This document shows, piece by piece, positions 1-8,890 of a stretch of 37,375 bases of DNA; the stretch's first letter is position 1; the number at the start of each line of letters is the position of its first letter. The stretch spans positions 1-37,375 of the forward strand of contig JAUWYL010000010.1 in NCBI GenBank assembly GCA_030615855.1, given 5' to 3'. The translations under genes and the position numbers were made by a program. The notes below the pieces were generated by a model that made no database searches, had not been told where the DNA came from, and saw only the letters and a program-made list of their open reading frames with translations. The stretch is from a bacterium. GTDB taxonomy: Bacteria > UBP18 > UBA7526.

Positions 1-1226
1 GAGGCGATGAAAATGACTAAGAAGAAGATGAAGAAGGTCTTGAGTTTATAGAACAGAAGATAACAGCCGAAAAAGGCAAAAAGAGTATAAAGGAGAAAAC
101 CATCCTCCAGAGCAATCTTCTTCTGAAAGAGCTTCTTGAGAGAGGTAAATACCGGATAAGAAGCCAGAAGAACGAGAACTATAAACTCGTTTAAAAACCT
201 AAAGAGGGTAGGTGAGGAATAAGGAGGAGTCCAGTAGTGACGGGCTTCGAAGGGAAGGAGGGAGGGATCAGTCGGTTTTATTCCCAGATACCTTATCTTA
301 TAGAGCGTTGTCTGCCAGACGTGGTTATACTGCCCGGTCTTGGGAAAAAGGAAAAAGAGACCTGCTGCGATGATAAAGAAAAGAAAGAGACTCTCCACTT
401 TTTTTCCACGCCACTTCCTCCATCCCCAGGAGGCAAGGAGAGAATAGGATAGAAGCATAGGTAGAGAGAAGATAAAGTAATCCGTCTTTAGGTTTGTGGG
501 AAGGGTTAAGGCCCCAACGAAGTTAATAGCAGTAAAAAATGCTAGGGCCTGCATAGTCAAATAGTATCTATTACTAAAGAGATAGGCAAGGAAGATATAA
601 CTAAAAAGGATAAGATAGTAGAATCGAGCCAGTTTCCAGCTTACAAGGCCTAAAAAGAGGAAAAGGGAAGAAGCAAGGATATCTCTCCCTCTTCTACTCT
701 GTAGGAATTTATAAAAGAAGTAGACGTGAAGGAAAATAATAACTAAGGCAAACTGCTCCCTCTGGATATGATTTCCTAAAGAGCGCTCGATGGCCGGAAG
801 GGAGAGGGCATAGAAGGAGGCCCCAATAATCCCAGAGGTCCTGCTCTTCGTTGAAGCAAAAAGGAGAAAATAGACAATAAATATCGTCAGGCAGTACCAG
901 GAGCGGACGAAGTATCTTACGAAGAGGCTTAAAGGGATGTGCTTCAAGGGAAGGATACGATAGAGAGTACCTACAACATATTCCTCCAGATTGGTATCTG
1001 TCCTGGTATCGAAGCCCTCTGGCCAGGCAAGGAGTTTATCTATCTTAGGAATTCTTTTCCCCTGAGCAACGAGAGCGGTGTGGTAATAGTGCTGGGCGGA
1101 TTCTATGGTAAAGAGATGAGAGTTGCTATGACCCCGAATGGTGAAGCTCTCTGTGCGGATGAATATTCCCAAGCAATAGATCAGAATCAGAGCTAAAAAT
1201 ATTCCTATATTAACTTTCTTATTCAC
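1..1226 (-). CDS. GT-C superfamily multipass membrane glycosyltransferase, DPY19/STT3-like (3' end runs off the window)
   Basis: Not in the ORF track. Manually translated from GTG at 1226, with no stop found over the ~1,050 nt read: MNKKVNIGIFLALILIYCLGIFIR...FTIESAQHYYH...AWPEG...IERSLGNHIQREQFAL...VSWKLARFYY...YNHVWQTTLYKIRYLG. It has many TM segments and GT-C-like motif placement. Confidence 0.7.
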   Translation of the reverse strand, partial: MNKKVNIGIFLALILIYCLGIFIRTESFTIRGHSNSHLFTIESAQHYYHTALVAQGKRIPKIDKLLAWPEGFDTRTDTNLEEYVVGTLYRILPLKHIPLSLFVRYFVRSWYCLTIFIVYFLLFASTKSRTSGIIGASFYALSLPAIERSLGNHIQREQFALVIIFLHVYFFYKFLQSRRGRDILASSLFLFLGLVSWKLARFYYLILFSYIFLAYLFSNRYYLTMQALAFFTAINFVGALTLPTNLKTDYFIFSLPMLLSYSLLASWGWRKWRGKKVESLFLFFIIAAGLFFLFPKTGQYNHVWQTTLYKIRYLGIKPTDPSLLPFEARHYWTPPYSSPTLFRFLNEFIVLVLLASYPVFTSLKKLFQKKIALEDGFLLYTLFAFFGCYLLFYKLKTFFIFFLVIFIA

Positions 1227-1291
1227 ACTTTGTATTGTTAATTTTTCATTTTGCATTTTTCATTGATCTTCTTTCCCACTTTCTCACTTTC

Positions 1292-3670
1292 TCACTTTCC
1301 CATTACTACTCTCACCTTGTGACTCTTTCCATCTCTGTGAGGTTTGATCAGATTTCCCTCTATTCTCTTTCCATCTACATAGATCTCTTTTACCCCATAC
1401 TCAATTCCCTTTGGATTCTCAATCTCGATCTGATAGATTGCTTCTCGGAAGGGTCTTCTTATCTTGCACTTCTTCCAGGAAGAAGGAAGATGGGGATCAA
1501 TCCTTATTCCCTCCACATGCTTTCTAACACCCAGCATCCATTCAGTAACGATCATATAGACCCAGCCTACGGTGCCAGTAAGCCAGGAGAAGGCCCCTTC
1601 CCCAAAGAGATAGGGATGGCTAGGTCCCACCAGATATTCACTGAATACATAGGGCTCCATTTTATAAAGTTCGTAATCCTTCTGTTTATTGGGCATAATC
1701 TTCTTCAGTGTCTGCCAAGCTTTATTGGAATATCCCAGCATAAGATAGGCTACGATAAGAAAGGTTGCTGCATGACAGAAGATAGCGCCATTCTCCTTGG
1801 TTCCTGGAGCAAACATAGTCGCCCGACCCAACGAAGGCTCATATTGGCTATAGGTAGGATAGAATAAAGCCGGGCCATGGTCACTATCCAGATATTTGTC
1901 TATTGACTCCAAGAGTAACCTTAACCTCTTCTTGGGAACAATATCTGAAAGGATAGCCCAGGACTGGGTATTTAAAAAGATCTTTCCCTCTTTATTCCTA
2001 TTCGAACCAAAGGCCTCGCCAGTATCTTTAAATCCCCTGAGATACCACTCCCCATCCCAGGCATTCTCATTGATTATCTTAGTCATCTCCTCTGCCCGAT
2101 CCTTCGACTTCTGGGACATCTTTAAATCCTCTGTAAGAGCCGCTAAACGGGAGGCAACCTTAAGGGAACCCACAAAAGCTTGGGCAAGCATCACACTCTC
2201 TCCCTTCCCCTTAATCCCGCAGGCATCCAAACCATCGTTCCAGTCTCCCCGGCCTATAAGGGGAAGGCCGTGTGCCCCCCGATGAGAATAAGTATAGTCC
2301 AATTCCCGATAGATATGCTCTATAACCGTTCCTTCTCCCTCTTTAGGACACCACTTATCCACTAAATAGGGGGCCTTCTCCCCTAAGACCCCGATATCCC
2401 CGGTCTCCCGAATGTACTCAGAAACGAGGTAGGCCAGCCAGATGGTCTGACCTTTCATGGGTGGAGCATCCCCTGGTCCCCAGAGGGAGTAATTTACAGC
2501 ATTCGTCCCATCAGCACGCACCAAAGAGGCTAATTTCAAAATAGTCTCGCGCACCGATTGCGGTTCAAAAGCCGCCAAACTCTCAGCATCCTGTACTACT
2601 CCCCGGTATCCTCTTCCCGGACCCCCACCATGATAGTAGGAGGGGCTACGATTCCAGAGGTTATTAATATATAACTGATAGGGAAGCCAAGTATTTACTA
2701 AGATGTTGAAGTCCTTATCTGGGGTCTCAACCTTTATCCTTGAAGTTTTTTCCTGCCAATCCTTCCTTATGGCATCCAATTCTTTCCTTACCTGAATGAT
2801 ATCCTGATATTTGTTTAATATCTCTTTGACCTTATCCTTGTTCTCTGCTTGTCCCAGAATGAAGATAAATTCTTTTTCCTGTAATCCATCCAATCCAAAG
2901 TTATGCTGCAATACCCCTACCGCATCCTCTCCTTCACAATTAGAGTTCCCTAAAGCCTCGTTCTTTAGTCCATCGGGATTCGAGATATCATTATACCTTC
3001 CGGTGAAGGCTGTCTTAAGACACTCGTAGCCATCCACTTTAAAATTGGAGCCAAAGAAGACCAGCCCCTCAAAAGGTCTAATATCCCCTTCCTGCCACTG
3101 GGCAGACTTCCGCCCTAAGATGGCTTTTGCCTCACCATCCCACCAGACCTTATTATAAAGAGTAGTAACATTATGGATGCGCAACTCTAAAAAATATTGG
3201 CCGATGAGCCATTCAATAAAGCCATAAAGATGGAATCTTCTCTTTCTTCTGGTATCATTCTTTATCCTCACCTTCCAGATCTCACAGGGCTCTTTCCGGG
3301 GAACGAAGTAGGTTATCTCTCCTGTCACCCCAAAGGCCTTAGTAGTAATGGTGGTATATCCTAAACCATGCCTTCCCTCATAGAAGTCCAGTTCCCTCCT
3401 CATGGGCTGCCAGTTTAAAGACCAGTACTGCCCGGTAACTAAATCCTTCAGATAGACATACCTTCCCGGCCGATCAGTCAAGAAATTACTTGGGCCCCAT
3501 CTCAAAATCCTGTTTATCCCGCAGTCCTTATAGAAACTATAGCCTCCTCCAGTATGGGAGACCAGGGCACAGTAATCCTCATTGGTCAGATAATTGATCC
3601 AGGGCCGAGGCGTCGCTGGATTGGTTATCACATACTCCTGATTCTTCTCATCAAAATGTCCGTATTCCAT
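1292..3670 (-). CDS. GH94 glycoside phosphorylase (cellobiose/chitobiose phosphorylase family)
   Basis: 792 aa. YGHFD..EYVIT.P.TPRPWINYL N-terminus, GDWNDGL catalytic motif, KENGAIFCHA, WLTGT. Confidence 0.92.
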   Translation of the reverse strand: MEYGHFDEKNQEYVITNPATPRPWINYLTNEDYCALVSHTGGGYSFYKDCGINRILRWGPSNFLTDRPGRYVYLKDLVTGQYWSLNWQPMRRELDFYEGRHGLGYTTITTKAFGVTGEITYFVPRKEPCEIWKVRIKNDTRRKRRFHLYGFIEWLIGQYFLELRIHNVTTLYNKVWWDGEAKAILGRKSAQWQEGDIRPFEGLVFFGSNFKVDGYECLKTAFTGRYNDISNPDGLKNEALGNSNCEGEDAVGVLQHNFGLDGLQEKEFIFILGQAENKDKVKEILNKYQDIIQVRKELDAIRKDWQEKTSRIKVETPDKDFNILVNTWLPYQLYINNLWNRSPSYYHGGGPGRGYRGVVQDAESLAAFEPQSVRETILKLASLVRADGTNAVNYSLWGPGDAPPMKGQTIWLAYLVSEYIRETGDIGVLGEKAPYLVDKWCPKEGEGTVIEHIYRELDYTYSHRGAHGLPLIGRGDWNDGLDACGIKGKGESVMLAQAFVGSLKVASRLAALTEDLKMSQKSKDRAEEMTKIINENAWDGEWYLRGFKDTGEAFGSNRNKEGKIFLNTQSWAILSDIVPKKRLRLLLESIDKYLDSDHGPALFYPTYSQYEPSLGRATMFAPGTKENGAIFCHAATFLIVAYLMLGYSNKAWQTLKKIMPNKQKDYELYKMEPYVFSEYLVGPSHPYLFGEGAFSWLTGTVGWVYMIVTEWMLGVRKHVEGIRIDPHLPSSWKKCKIRRPFREAIYQIEIENPKGIEYGVKEIYVDGKRIEGNLIKPHRDGKSHKVRVVMGK

Positions 3671-3783
3671 CTTTAAACCCCCTTATCGATTAATGTTGAA
3701 TATTTTACATTGAGCATTGAACAATGAACATTGAACAATTAAAAATAAAAACTAAGTTAGTTGTTTTGGGAGAAAATTATTAG

Positions 3784-4113
3784 TTACTTAACTTTATCTA
3801 ATTTTTGCTGCATTTCTTCACGAAGTTTTGTTGCTGCTTTCTGAGCCCGCATCATAGCTTCTAGTGCCTCTTTCCACTCTTTCGGGCATTTTTTTATCTC
3901 TTCTTCTGGAACGTCTGTAATTTTCTGTAATAAGACGGGTAGAAGCTGAACAATTTGCATCTGCAGATTAAGTTCTGCGGTGAGCTTCATCACTTTTTTT
4001 ATAGATTTATTTATCTTCAAATTGACTACTGTTGCCCCTGCTATAACTATCGTAGCTATCGCCACTATTCCACCAACTACACAATTAATTATTACCGGTA
4101 TTTCCATTTTCAA
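3784..4113 (-). CDS. Hypothetical protein with N-terminal TM helix and helical tail
   Basis: 109 aa ORF with a hydrophobic N-terminus and a GGAGG RBS upstream. Confidence 0.65.
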   Translation of the reverse strand: MKMEIPVIINCVVGGIVAIATIVIAGATVVNLKINKSIKKVMKLTAELNLQMQIVQLLPVLLQKITDVPEEEIKKCPKEWKEALEAMMRAQKAATKLREEMQQKLDKVK

Positions 4114-4139
4114 CCCTCCGTATTAGTATTCCTAGAATT

Positions 4140-4829
4140 TTAATTAATTTTTTCGAATATCTCGGCTACAAGATCTAAAAGTATTATGTATAAGATTAAT
4201 CCCTTCAGTAATACCTTTAATAATTCTTTTCCTGAAGTAGCTTTGATATTAATTCTTGTTTCTTTCACCTCTCTTTTATAAAGTCGCATTAGAATACCAT
4301 CTTTGTCTAAAAGCGTAGGAAGAATTTTATGACTTAACTGGTGTCGGACTCGTTGTAACTTAACAAATGCTGGAGATTTCCTGATGTCATTCAATAAACT
4401 TACAAACTCATGGTTTCTATACTCTTTATGTAATCTAAGTTTATTTATACAGTTAGAAAGACTTATCTCTTTTCTTGTATCATCTAACATAAGATTTAAA
4501 TAGGTATTTAGGGTAAAACCTATTTTATTAAAGGCATCATACAGTCGTATTATACCGTTTTCTGCTTCAATAATAGCGATTTCTTCGTTCCTTGCGGATA
4601 AAATTTGCTCAATTATAATAACAATTTTTGCAGATTCAGAAACGTTTTCCCAATATAAAATAAAACTTTCGAAGTTATTAGCTTTACTCAACTTTTTAGC
4701 AATATTTGCACTATAAAAAATATCGCTTACTACTTTTGGTAGTTCTATGCCAAGTTTTTTAACGGTGCCATAAGCAGCAATTAAATCTTTCTGTATTTTG
4801 TCAGATGACATTTCATCCATATAGTACAC
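4140..4829 (-). CDS. HEPN-domain protein (Cthe_2314-like), putative RNase
   Basis: RHQLSH matches the RxxxxH HEPN motif, preceded by a LYDAFNKIGFTLNTYLNL helix. The DNA is visibly AT-rich. Confidence 0.6.
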   Translation of the reverse strand: MYYMDEMSSDKIQKDLIAAYGTVKKLGIELPKVVSDIFYSANIAKKLSKANNFESFILYWENVSESAKIVIIIEQILSARNEEIAIIEAENGIIRLYDAFNKIGFTLNTYLNLMLDDTRKEISLSNCINKLRLHKEYRNHEFVSLLNDIRKSPAFVKLQRVRHQLSHKILPTLLDKDGILMRLYKREVKETRINIKATSGKELLKVLLKGLILYIILLDLVAEIFEKIN

Positions 4830-4922
4830 CTGTTACAAATTCGGCATTTTATTGGAAATTAGGAATTAGAAACTTAACATGTATCTTGTCTCTTGGTTAT
4901 TGGTGATTGCTTATAATGAGTC

Positions 4923-6134
4923 TTAATCCCACAACTCCACTTCCACCATCTGGTCTTTCTCGATTCCCTCACTTAAACGCGGTATCCTTAATAGTCCATC
5001 AGCTTTTACTAAGGAGACGATATTCGCTGAACCCCTATGTAACGGGATAGCAATTAATTTCCCCTCTTTTTCTTCCAGTCTTATCCGAATATACTCCTCC
5101 CTTCCTGTAGAAGAGGTAACAGTTCTTGCTAATCGGACATTTACTACTTTTATCTTCTCTTTGGCATTCATCATGGCCAAGATAGTAGGCTCCACTATCT
5201 TCCTGAAGACGATCATGACGCTCACTGGATTTCCCGGCAGCCCAAAGATAATTTTTTCTTTTATTTTTGCAATAATGGTAGGCTTTCCAGGCTTTATGGC
5301 TACCCCTTGAGTTAGGACCTTTCCTTGGGTTAAAGAATTCATTACCTTTAAGGTAAGATCATAAGCACCAACTGAACTTCCTCCAGAGATGAGAACCATG
5401 TCTGCCTTAGACAATGCCTTTTCTATCTTCTCTCTTAGAATTTTAGGATCGTCTTTAATAATCCCAAAGGGAATGGGTTCTCCTCCACATTTTTCGATTT
5501 GAGCAGACAGGGAATAGGTATTCATATTCCTAATCTGTCCAGATTCTGGTTTCCTTTTCGGCTCAACCAACTCGTCCCCAGTAGGAATAATGGCTACCTT
5601 GGGCCTTTTGAATATCTTTATCTCTGTAATCCCCAATCCGCTCAAGGCACCGATATCCTGTGCCCTTATCCTGTGCCCTTTTGCTAACAGGACCTCGCCC
5701 TTTCGAATATCCTCTCCTCTCTTAGCAACGTTCTCTCCGGGGGTTAAAGCCTTCCTTATTTTTACTCTTTTTCCCTCAACTTCTATATATTCCAACATCT
5801 CAACGCTATCTCCCCCTCTGGGCATTATGGCCCCAGTATCAATCTTTATCGCCTCGCCCTTCTCGACCTCTTTCTTGGAAATCTCGCCGATCTTTATTTC
5901 ACCAATTAAAGATAAAGAAATAGGATTCTCTTCAGAAGCCCCAAAGGTATCTTTTGCTCTTACCGCATAGCCATCCATCATAGCTTTATTGAATGGTGGC
6001 AGGTCCTCGGGAGAGATGACATCAGTAGCCACGAACCTATCCAGACTATCAGCAACCTCTATGGTCTCATTCCCCATAGGTTTTATTTTCCCAACTATCT
6101 TCCTTGCCTCACTTACTGTCTTCAGTTCTAACAT
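4923..6134 (-). CDS. moeA: Molybdopterin molybdo/tungstotransferase MoeA
   Basis: PPF.KAMMDGYAV, TGDEL, SGGSSVG, KPGKP and GLPGNPVS motifs. Confidence 0.95.
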   Translation of the reverse strand: MLELKTVSEARKIVGKIKPMGNETIEVADSLDRFVATDVISPEDLPPFNKAMMDGYAVRAKDTFGASEENPISLSLIGEIKIGEISKKEVEKGEAIKIDTGAIMPRGGDSVEMLEYIEVEGKRVKIRKALTPGENVAKRGEDIRKGEVLLAKGHRIRAQDIGALSGLGITEIKIFKRPKVAIIPTGDELVEPKRKPESGQIRNMNTYSLSAQIEKCGGEPIPFGIIKDDPKILREKIEKALSKADMVLISGGSSVGAYDLTLKVMNSLTQGKVLTQGVAIKPGKPTIIAKIKEKIIFGLPGNPVSVMIVFRKIVEPTILAMMNAKEKIKVVNVRLARTVTSSTGREEYIRIRLEEKEGKLIAIPLHRGSANIVSLVKADGLLRIPRLSEGIEKDQMVEVELWD

Positions 6135-6209
6135 CCCAACCTCGTTCTACTTAGAATAGTGAGTCTTTATCTGCGATAATCTGCATCTATATCTGCGGTT
6201 ATCTGCGTC

Positions 6210-6941
6210 TCAAAAGATCATCTTTCCTTCAATGAATCTCAAGATGCGCTTGTCTTTGGGACTGGTAAAGATTTCTTGAGCATTTCTTGATTCAATGATC
6301 CGGCCCTTAAATAGGAAGCTGGCCTCATGGGCTAGGCGCCTTGCCTGGAACATATTATGGGTAGCAATAACGATGGTAGTCTTGAATTCTCTATTAATGT
6401 ATTTTATCAATTCCTCAATTATGGCTACATTCCTGGGATCGAGATCACTCGTGGGTTCATCGAGAAAGAGGATCTCTGGTTCCAAGACCATGGCCCTTGC
6501 TATAGCCACCCTCTGCTTCTCGCCTCCAGAGAGATCCCTTGCCCTTTTATGCTCATAGCCTTTAAGGCCTATTACTTCTAAGGCCTTCTTTACTTTCTCA
6601 AGGATCGAGCTCCTATTCTCTTTTCTCACCTTCAATCCATAGGCCACGTTCTCATAGACAGAGGTATTAAAAAGGGCGGGCTTCTGGAAGACCAGAGTCA
6701 TCCTGCGATGTAGGTTCAGGCGGTTATTCTCTCTTAGTGCTTTTCCATCGAAGTGGATCTCTCCAGAGGTTGGTTCTTCCAGGAGATTTAAGAGGCGCAG
6801 AAGGACGCTTTTACCCACACCGCTTGGGCCTATTATAGCATGTATTCTTCCCCTTTCCAATTGAAGATTTATCTCTTTTAGAACGGCCTCTCCATTATAT
6901 TCCTTGGATAGATTGTGGGTTTGTATGGTATAGTTTTTCAT
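6210..6941 (-). CDS. tupC: Tungstate ABC transporter ATP-binding protein
   Basis: Walker A GPSGVGKS, LSGGE signature, FLDEPT; in an operon with tupAB. Confidence 0.88.
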   Translation of the reverse strand: MKNYTIQTHNLSKEYNGEAVLKEINLQLERGRIHAIIGPSGVGKSVLLRLLNLLEEPTSGEIHFDGKALRENNRLNLHRRMTLVFQKPALFNTSVYENVAYGLKVRKENRSSILEKVKKALEVIGLKGYEHKRARDLSGGEKQRVAIARAMVLEPEILFLDEPTSDLDPRNVAIIEELIKYINREFKTTIVIATHNMFQARRLAHEASFLFKGRIIESRNAQEIFTSPKDKRILRFIEGKMIF

Positions 6942-7078
6942 CCCGCACCTTTTTTATAATTCACCCCGCTCCTTCTTTTCCCTAAATCCCGACCGCGTGC
7001 AAGGAAGGGGCGGGGTTCACAAGGCTTTTTCTTTTGCTTTTTAAAAGATAAGTAGAAAACACGATAAAAGGTGCGGGA
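6941..7078. repeat. Nested palindromic (REP/MITE-like) element
   Basis: Outer inverted repeat TCCCGCACCTTTT...AAAAGGTGCGGGA. The inner hairpin TTCACCCCGC...CAAGGAAGGGGCGGGGTTCA is also present at ~10438-10497. Confidence 0.75.
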
Positions 7079-7079
7079 C

Positions 7080-7772
7080 TCATTCTCTAATCCTCTGTAA
7101 ATAATAAAGTCCGGTGTTAATTAGAAAAGCAACGGCCAAAAGTATAATCCCTAAGGCCAAAGCGAGCTCAAACCTTCCTTTCCCGGTCTCCAAGGCGATG
7201 GCCGTAGACATCACCCGGGTAGTTCCCTTTATATTCCCTCCCACGATCATGGCTGCTCCGATCTCAGTGACCACCCTTCCAAACCCAGCGATTAAAGCTG
7301 CTAAAATGGCCACTCTCGCCTCTCTTAAGACAGTGAGCGTCGTCTGGACCTTTGTTGCCCCAAGGGAGATGGCACTCTTAGTAATGGCAGGGTCCACGCC
7401 TTTTACTGCTACCAAGGAAAGAGCGCCGATAATGGGGGTAGCTAAGATAGTCTGGGCAGTGATCATGGCACCTGGGGTATAGAGAAGTCCTAACATGCCC
7501 AAAGGGCCCCTGTGGGATAGGAAGAGATAGACGAAGAGCCCCACCACTACTGTGGGAAGAGCGAAGCAGGTATTGAGTAGGGTAGTTATCACTCCTCTTC
7601 CCGGAAACTTGTGGAGTCCGACCAATGCTCCCAGGGGGATACCAAGGCATGAGGCCAGAAGAACTGCAATTCCTGAGATGCGCAGGGATAGGAATATAAC
7701 GGTATAAGTCCCTCTATCAAAACTGAAGAGTAAGCGGAAGGCCTCTTTAAGTCCCGCCAATATGTAATCCAT
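7080..7772 (-). CDS. tupB: Tungstate ABC transporter permease
   Basis: LPTVVVGL, GPLG.LGLLYTP, AGFGR..TEIGAAMIVGGNI...TRVMSTAIALET motifs. Confidence 0.92.
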   Translation of the reverse strand: MDYILAGLKEAFRLLFSFDRGTYTVIFLSLRISGIAVLLASCLGIPLGALVGLHKFPGRGVITTLLNTCFALPTVVVGLFVYLFLSHRGPLGMLGLLYTPGAMITAQTILATPIIGALSLVAVKGVDPAITKSAISLGATKVQTTLTVLREARVAILAALIAGFGRVVTEIGAAMIVGGNIKGTTRVMSTAIALETGKGRFELALALGIILLAVAFLINTGLYYLQRIRE

Positions 7773-7773
7773 A

Positions 7774-8604
7774 CTATTCCCCTATGGGATGGAAGAGTGG
7801 CTCTCCGAACTTTTCCTTGCCAAACTCCCTTATTATCTTTTGTCCTTTAACTGAAATTAGAAAGTTGATAAATTCTATACCCCTTCTATACTTAATGTGA
7901 CCATGCTTTTTAGGATTAACCAATATTATGCTATATGGATTATGTAATAGTCGATCTTTTTCATATAAAGTAACTAGGACTAACCTATCTTTACAGGATA
8001 AATGGGTAGCACGATCTGTTAGACAATAGGCCTGCTTCTGACTTGCGATAACTAAAGTGGCTCCCATCCCCTGTCCCGTTTCTTGATACCATTCACCCTC
8101 TGGGATTAAACCTGCTCTTTCCCAGAGTCCCCTCTCCCTCTTATGCGTTCCAGAATCATCTCCCCGGGAGATGAAGGACGCTTTCTTGTGAGCAATGGCA
8201 GATAAAGCAGGTATTACTCCAGTCATCCCCTTAATCTTCGCTGGATCATCCTCTGGTCCTGCAATGACAAAGTCGTTATACATGATGCTCCTTCTATTTA
8301 CCCCATACCCTTCCCTTACAAATCTTTCCTCTGCCTCCGGATCGTGGACCAGAATGAGATCGCAATCCCCATTCTTTGCCAATCGGATGGCCTTCCCCGT
8401 TCCGCAGGCGATGACGTCCACCTTTACTTTTGCTTCTTTCTCAAAAGAAGGGATTAAGGCATCGAGGAGACCAGAGTTCTCTACACTTGTGGTAGTAGCC
8501 AGAACGAGATGAGGGATTTCTCTTCTGCACCCCAGGGTAAAAACCATAACGCAGATTACCGCAGATAACAAAACGCAGATGACCATATTCCTCCCCATTT
8601 TCAT
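7774..8604 (-). CDS. tupA: Tungstate ABC transporter substrate-binding lipoprotein
   Basis: LATTTSVENSGL (TTTS motif), SRGDDSGTH, GQGMG, lipobox TLGC. Confidence 0.93.
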   Translation of the reverse strand: MKMGRNMVICVLLSAVICVMVFTLGCRREIPHLVLATTTSVENSGLLDALIPSFEKEAKVKVDVIACGTGKAIRLAKNGDCDLILVHDPEAEERFVREGYGVNRRSIMYNDFVIAGPEDDPAKIKGMTGVIPALSAIAHKKASFISRGDDSGTHKRERGLWERAGLIPEGEWYQETGQGMGATLVIASQKQAYCLTDRATHLSCKDRLVLVTLYEKDRLLHNPYSIILVNPKKHGHIKYRRGIEFINFLISVKGQKIIREFGKEKFGEPLFHPIGE

Positions 8605-8698
8605 CTCATTTCCTCTCTCTCCTAAAACCGCACTTAAAAAAGAGGTAAGTCTTTTTATCCGTGATAATCTGTAACAAATCCGTGCTAATCTGTGTCAT

Positions 8699-8736
8699 AA
8701 AAAAACCAGCTCCCGTGGGTTTAAAGAAGCTGGTTT
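8699..8736 (-). terminator. Intrinsic terminator forming the riboswitch expression platform
   Basis: Minus strand AAACCAGCTTC-TTTAAACCCAC-GGGAGCTGGTTTTTTT: a stem followed by a U tract. Confidence 0.8.
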
Positions 8737-8737
8737 A

Positions 8738-8845
8738 AATCTCCTTTCCAAACACGGGAGGTATGGCCGTTTCCCGCCATGCCCTATCGCCCCGATATCA
8801 TATCCCTTAATTGGGATTTAGAACATTGGGGTCGGAACAATATTC
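8738..8845 (-). ncRNA. Moco RNA motif riboswitch, P3-less (tungsten-cofactor-associated) variant
   Basis: Minus strand TTCCGA-CCCC...CTAA...TATG...GGGG-CGATAGG-GCATGGCGGGAAACGGCCATAC-CTCCCGTGTTTGGAAAGGAG matches the Moco motif core (GAAA-loop P4; CUCCCGU.UUUGGAAAGG). It lies upstream of tupABC-moeA. Confidence 0.85.
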
Positions 8846-8858
8846 AGTTTTTAAATCA

Positions 8859-8887
8859 AGTCTAACTTAATTTTTCGGATTTGTCAA
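8859..8887 (-). promoter_or_regulatory. Sigma70-type promoter for the riboswitch-tup operon
   Basis: TTGACA, 17 bp spacer, TAGACT, immediately upstream of the riboswitch. Confidence 0.75.
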
Positions 8888-8890
8888 GAA

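Noticed and set aside
1405-1417. TTCCCTTTGGATT match to the junction repeat inside the GH94 gene
   Set aside because: It encodes the NPKG segment usual at GH94 C-termini and the flanks do not match, so it is probably coincidental.
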